Under the pieces are notes generated by a model. That model ran no database searches. It had not been told where the DNA came from and saw only the letters and a list, made by a program, of their open reading frames with translations. The position numbers were made by a program, and so were the translations under genes. Below, in pieces: positions 61,816 to 64,000 of a DNA stretch of 64,000 nucleotides (position 1 is the stretch's first letter; each line of letters opens with the position of its first letter). Source of the DNA: Mobula birostris (Eukaryota); the NCBI RefSeq assembly GCF_030028105.1, contig NC_092378.1, positions 45,046,400 through 45,110,399 on the forward strand, written 5' to 3'.

Positions 61816-64000
61816 GGATGGATGGTAAAAATATATGAACTGTTTGTTCATTTCCGTAGAAGCTGCCTGACCTGCTGAGTTTCTCCAGCATTTTGTGTGT
61901 GTTACTAAGGGAAAAACTGTCTTCTTTTCCTAGGGAGATACAAGCCACTAAATCTCTGTCATCCTGGATGAGATAACGGAATCAGCAAGGAACAGCAGAG
62001 CATCTTCCACTGACTCCAGAAAAAGAGACAGATTCACTCCTCTTCGACCTGCAGCCTTCTGGATGAGTGCAAGCACAGAGCTTCTTGCAACTTGCCATTT
62101 TAATTCACCATCCGTCTTCTACTGTGCCCTCCTGCATTGCTATAACAAAGCCAATGCAAGCTTGAGAACCAAAATCTCATCTACCATCTGGGCCCTTGTA
62201 GACTTCTGAATTCAATAGCGAATTCTTCAACTTCTTTATCAGTTGTCCTATGATATCGGCTCAGATGGTTTGAAAATCTTCCTTCCTTTTATTCGTCTAG
62301 TTGCAGAGTACATTTCTGTAGTTTGCAATTCCTATATTCTTCTGACTACGTTCTCACTAACTGTCCCCATGCACTCATTAACCAGGTAATCTTGCTTACA
62401 TCTTCTCTCTAAGGTTGCTTTGGTTTTAACCCATGAGAGAGATTCTTTCCACCCAACCTCCCTGCAGATTAAACAGCTTCTTTTCTCTCCTTCCCAGGGT
62501 CTTCAACCTGTAATGTTGCTTGCTTCTCATTCCACAGATACAGCCCAACCTGCCAAGTATCTCCAACATTTTCTTATTTTCATTTTATCACTGAACTACA
62601 TCTCAGCTACATTCTAGTCTGCTCGATGGAGCCTTTGTAAGCCGTGTGTTGATATCAAATTTCATGTGCACAGCAGTGTCAAGGATAATAAATAAACTGA
62701 ACAGATCATGGAGACATGCTTTGTCTTCGACACGCTTGGAGTTCATAAAAGAGTTCATCAAGTTCCCTTCTCCTTCCGGAACCAAACAATGAGTGATGGC
62801 TACTGTACGGTAATCCATCGATGACCATCTCTTAGTACACATTATGCAACGTGATCAGAATCTGGGGTCTGTTACTTATGTGCAGAGAAAAAATATCAAT
62901 GGAGTCACTGTACACGCTGGCAACTTACAGTGCCGGAGCTATGAATCAGAGATGAAAACAAGCCCACACATTAAGAAAGATCCCTCGGTGAGTAGAAAGC
63001 TCAATCGATTCACTGTGCAATCCATCAGCTGCATGTACACTTGCCATGCTCTCACAATCGATCTAATATGATTCAGGGCACTATATAGAACTGTTAGGCT
63101 AACCTGACAGATTTACAGGGACAAATGAGAAACCAGTTAGAGTCAAATTTGTGAGTACATTCAAAATCTATCTTCCATCTTTATTTCGTGCACTGAGACA
63201 CCCAGAGAAAGGGTACTATCACAGCAGAGTAAAGGGAACAACTGTTGATTAGGATCTCACCAGGTATGGCTTGTAAAATCTGACAATACATGGTTCCAGA
63301 CTACATGTTCATAGTTGAACATAAATCTTAACCTCATTAAAATAATATGCAAATTAAGCACAGTGCCTCCAAAATTATGCCGCACCAGTTCCTGTGTGTA
63401 AGAATTATTTCATGTCATCTGGTAACCCTGTTCCCAAGCAATAGGCAGAATCTTTAGCAACAGTAGAACATTAAAATTATTTTATTTCAGACTGACTTAA
63501 AGATAAACTGGTAAATAGGTGCCCCCAAGATAGAACTGTCAAACATTAAAGGACATGCATTTAAGATCAGAGAGTGAATGTTTAAATTAGATGTGCAAAC
63601 AAGTTTCTTTTTTAAACAGACAGAGTAGGAGATGACTGGAATAGGCTACCAGATATGATAATGGAATTTAAGAGGCTGTTAAGTCATGTATAATCAGAGA
63701 ATGGGAGGATATGGATCATGTGCAAGCAGAGAGATTTAGTTTAATTTGGCATCTTGTTTGGCATAAAGATTGTGGGCTGGGGGGTCTGTTTCATATACTG
63801 TACTATTCTATTTTCTATGTTTTGTATCTCCGACAAAATATCCTCAATTTAGTTTAAACTGATCGAGCCGCTTTAATACCGTTTCACTGAAAAGAAACTG
63901 GAATAACAGTGGCAAAGCTACGCATCGGATTCAGTCAACCTTCTTGGGGAGATGCGTAATCACCAAATAGATAAAAGAACAAAAGACTCCATGCTATTCT

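Noticed and set aside
62603-62842. ORF with EGNLM…, considered as the missing Ig1 exon
   Set aside because: No D.G.Y.C motif or suitable splice sites; the Ig1 exons are probably beyond the window.

Overview
This is vertebrate genomic DNA, probably from a cartilaginous fish (shark or ray), inferred from HE1/V-SINE-like, CR1/HER1-like, Rex1/Babar-like and Penelope-like repeats. The window lies within a minus-strand contactin gene, best matching CNTN1. Ten GT-AG coding exons can be read (53052 down to 2674; 1425 nt, 475 codons). All splice phases are compatible, there are no stops, and together they encode Ig domains 2-6; the flanking exons were not found and are presumably outside the window. 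The introns are mostly mobile elements: three large CR1 LINEs, a solo LTR with a 4-bp TSD, Rex1/Babar pieces, tRNA-derived SINEs, a long-TIR fold-back element and many Penelope-like element (PLE) copies. Three observations stand out. (i) The PLE terminal repeats carry a minimal type-I hammerhead ribozyme, intact in both arms of a young inverted insertion. (ii) A family of very short TSD-flanked PLE hairpin insertions is present, one starting almost exactly at the ribozyme cleavage site. (iii) A 1377-nt AG-free CU-rich tract sits directly upstream of a frame-shifting contactin exon. There is one 171-N assembly gap. Most ORFs in the supplied track are repeat debris or chance.
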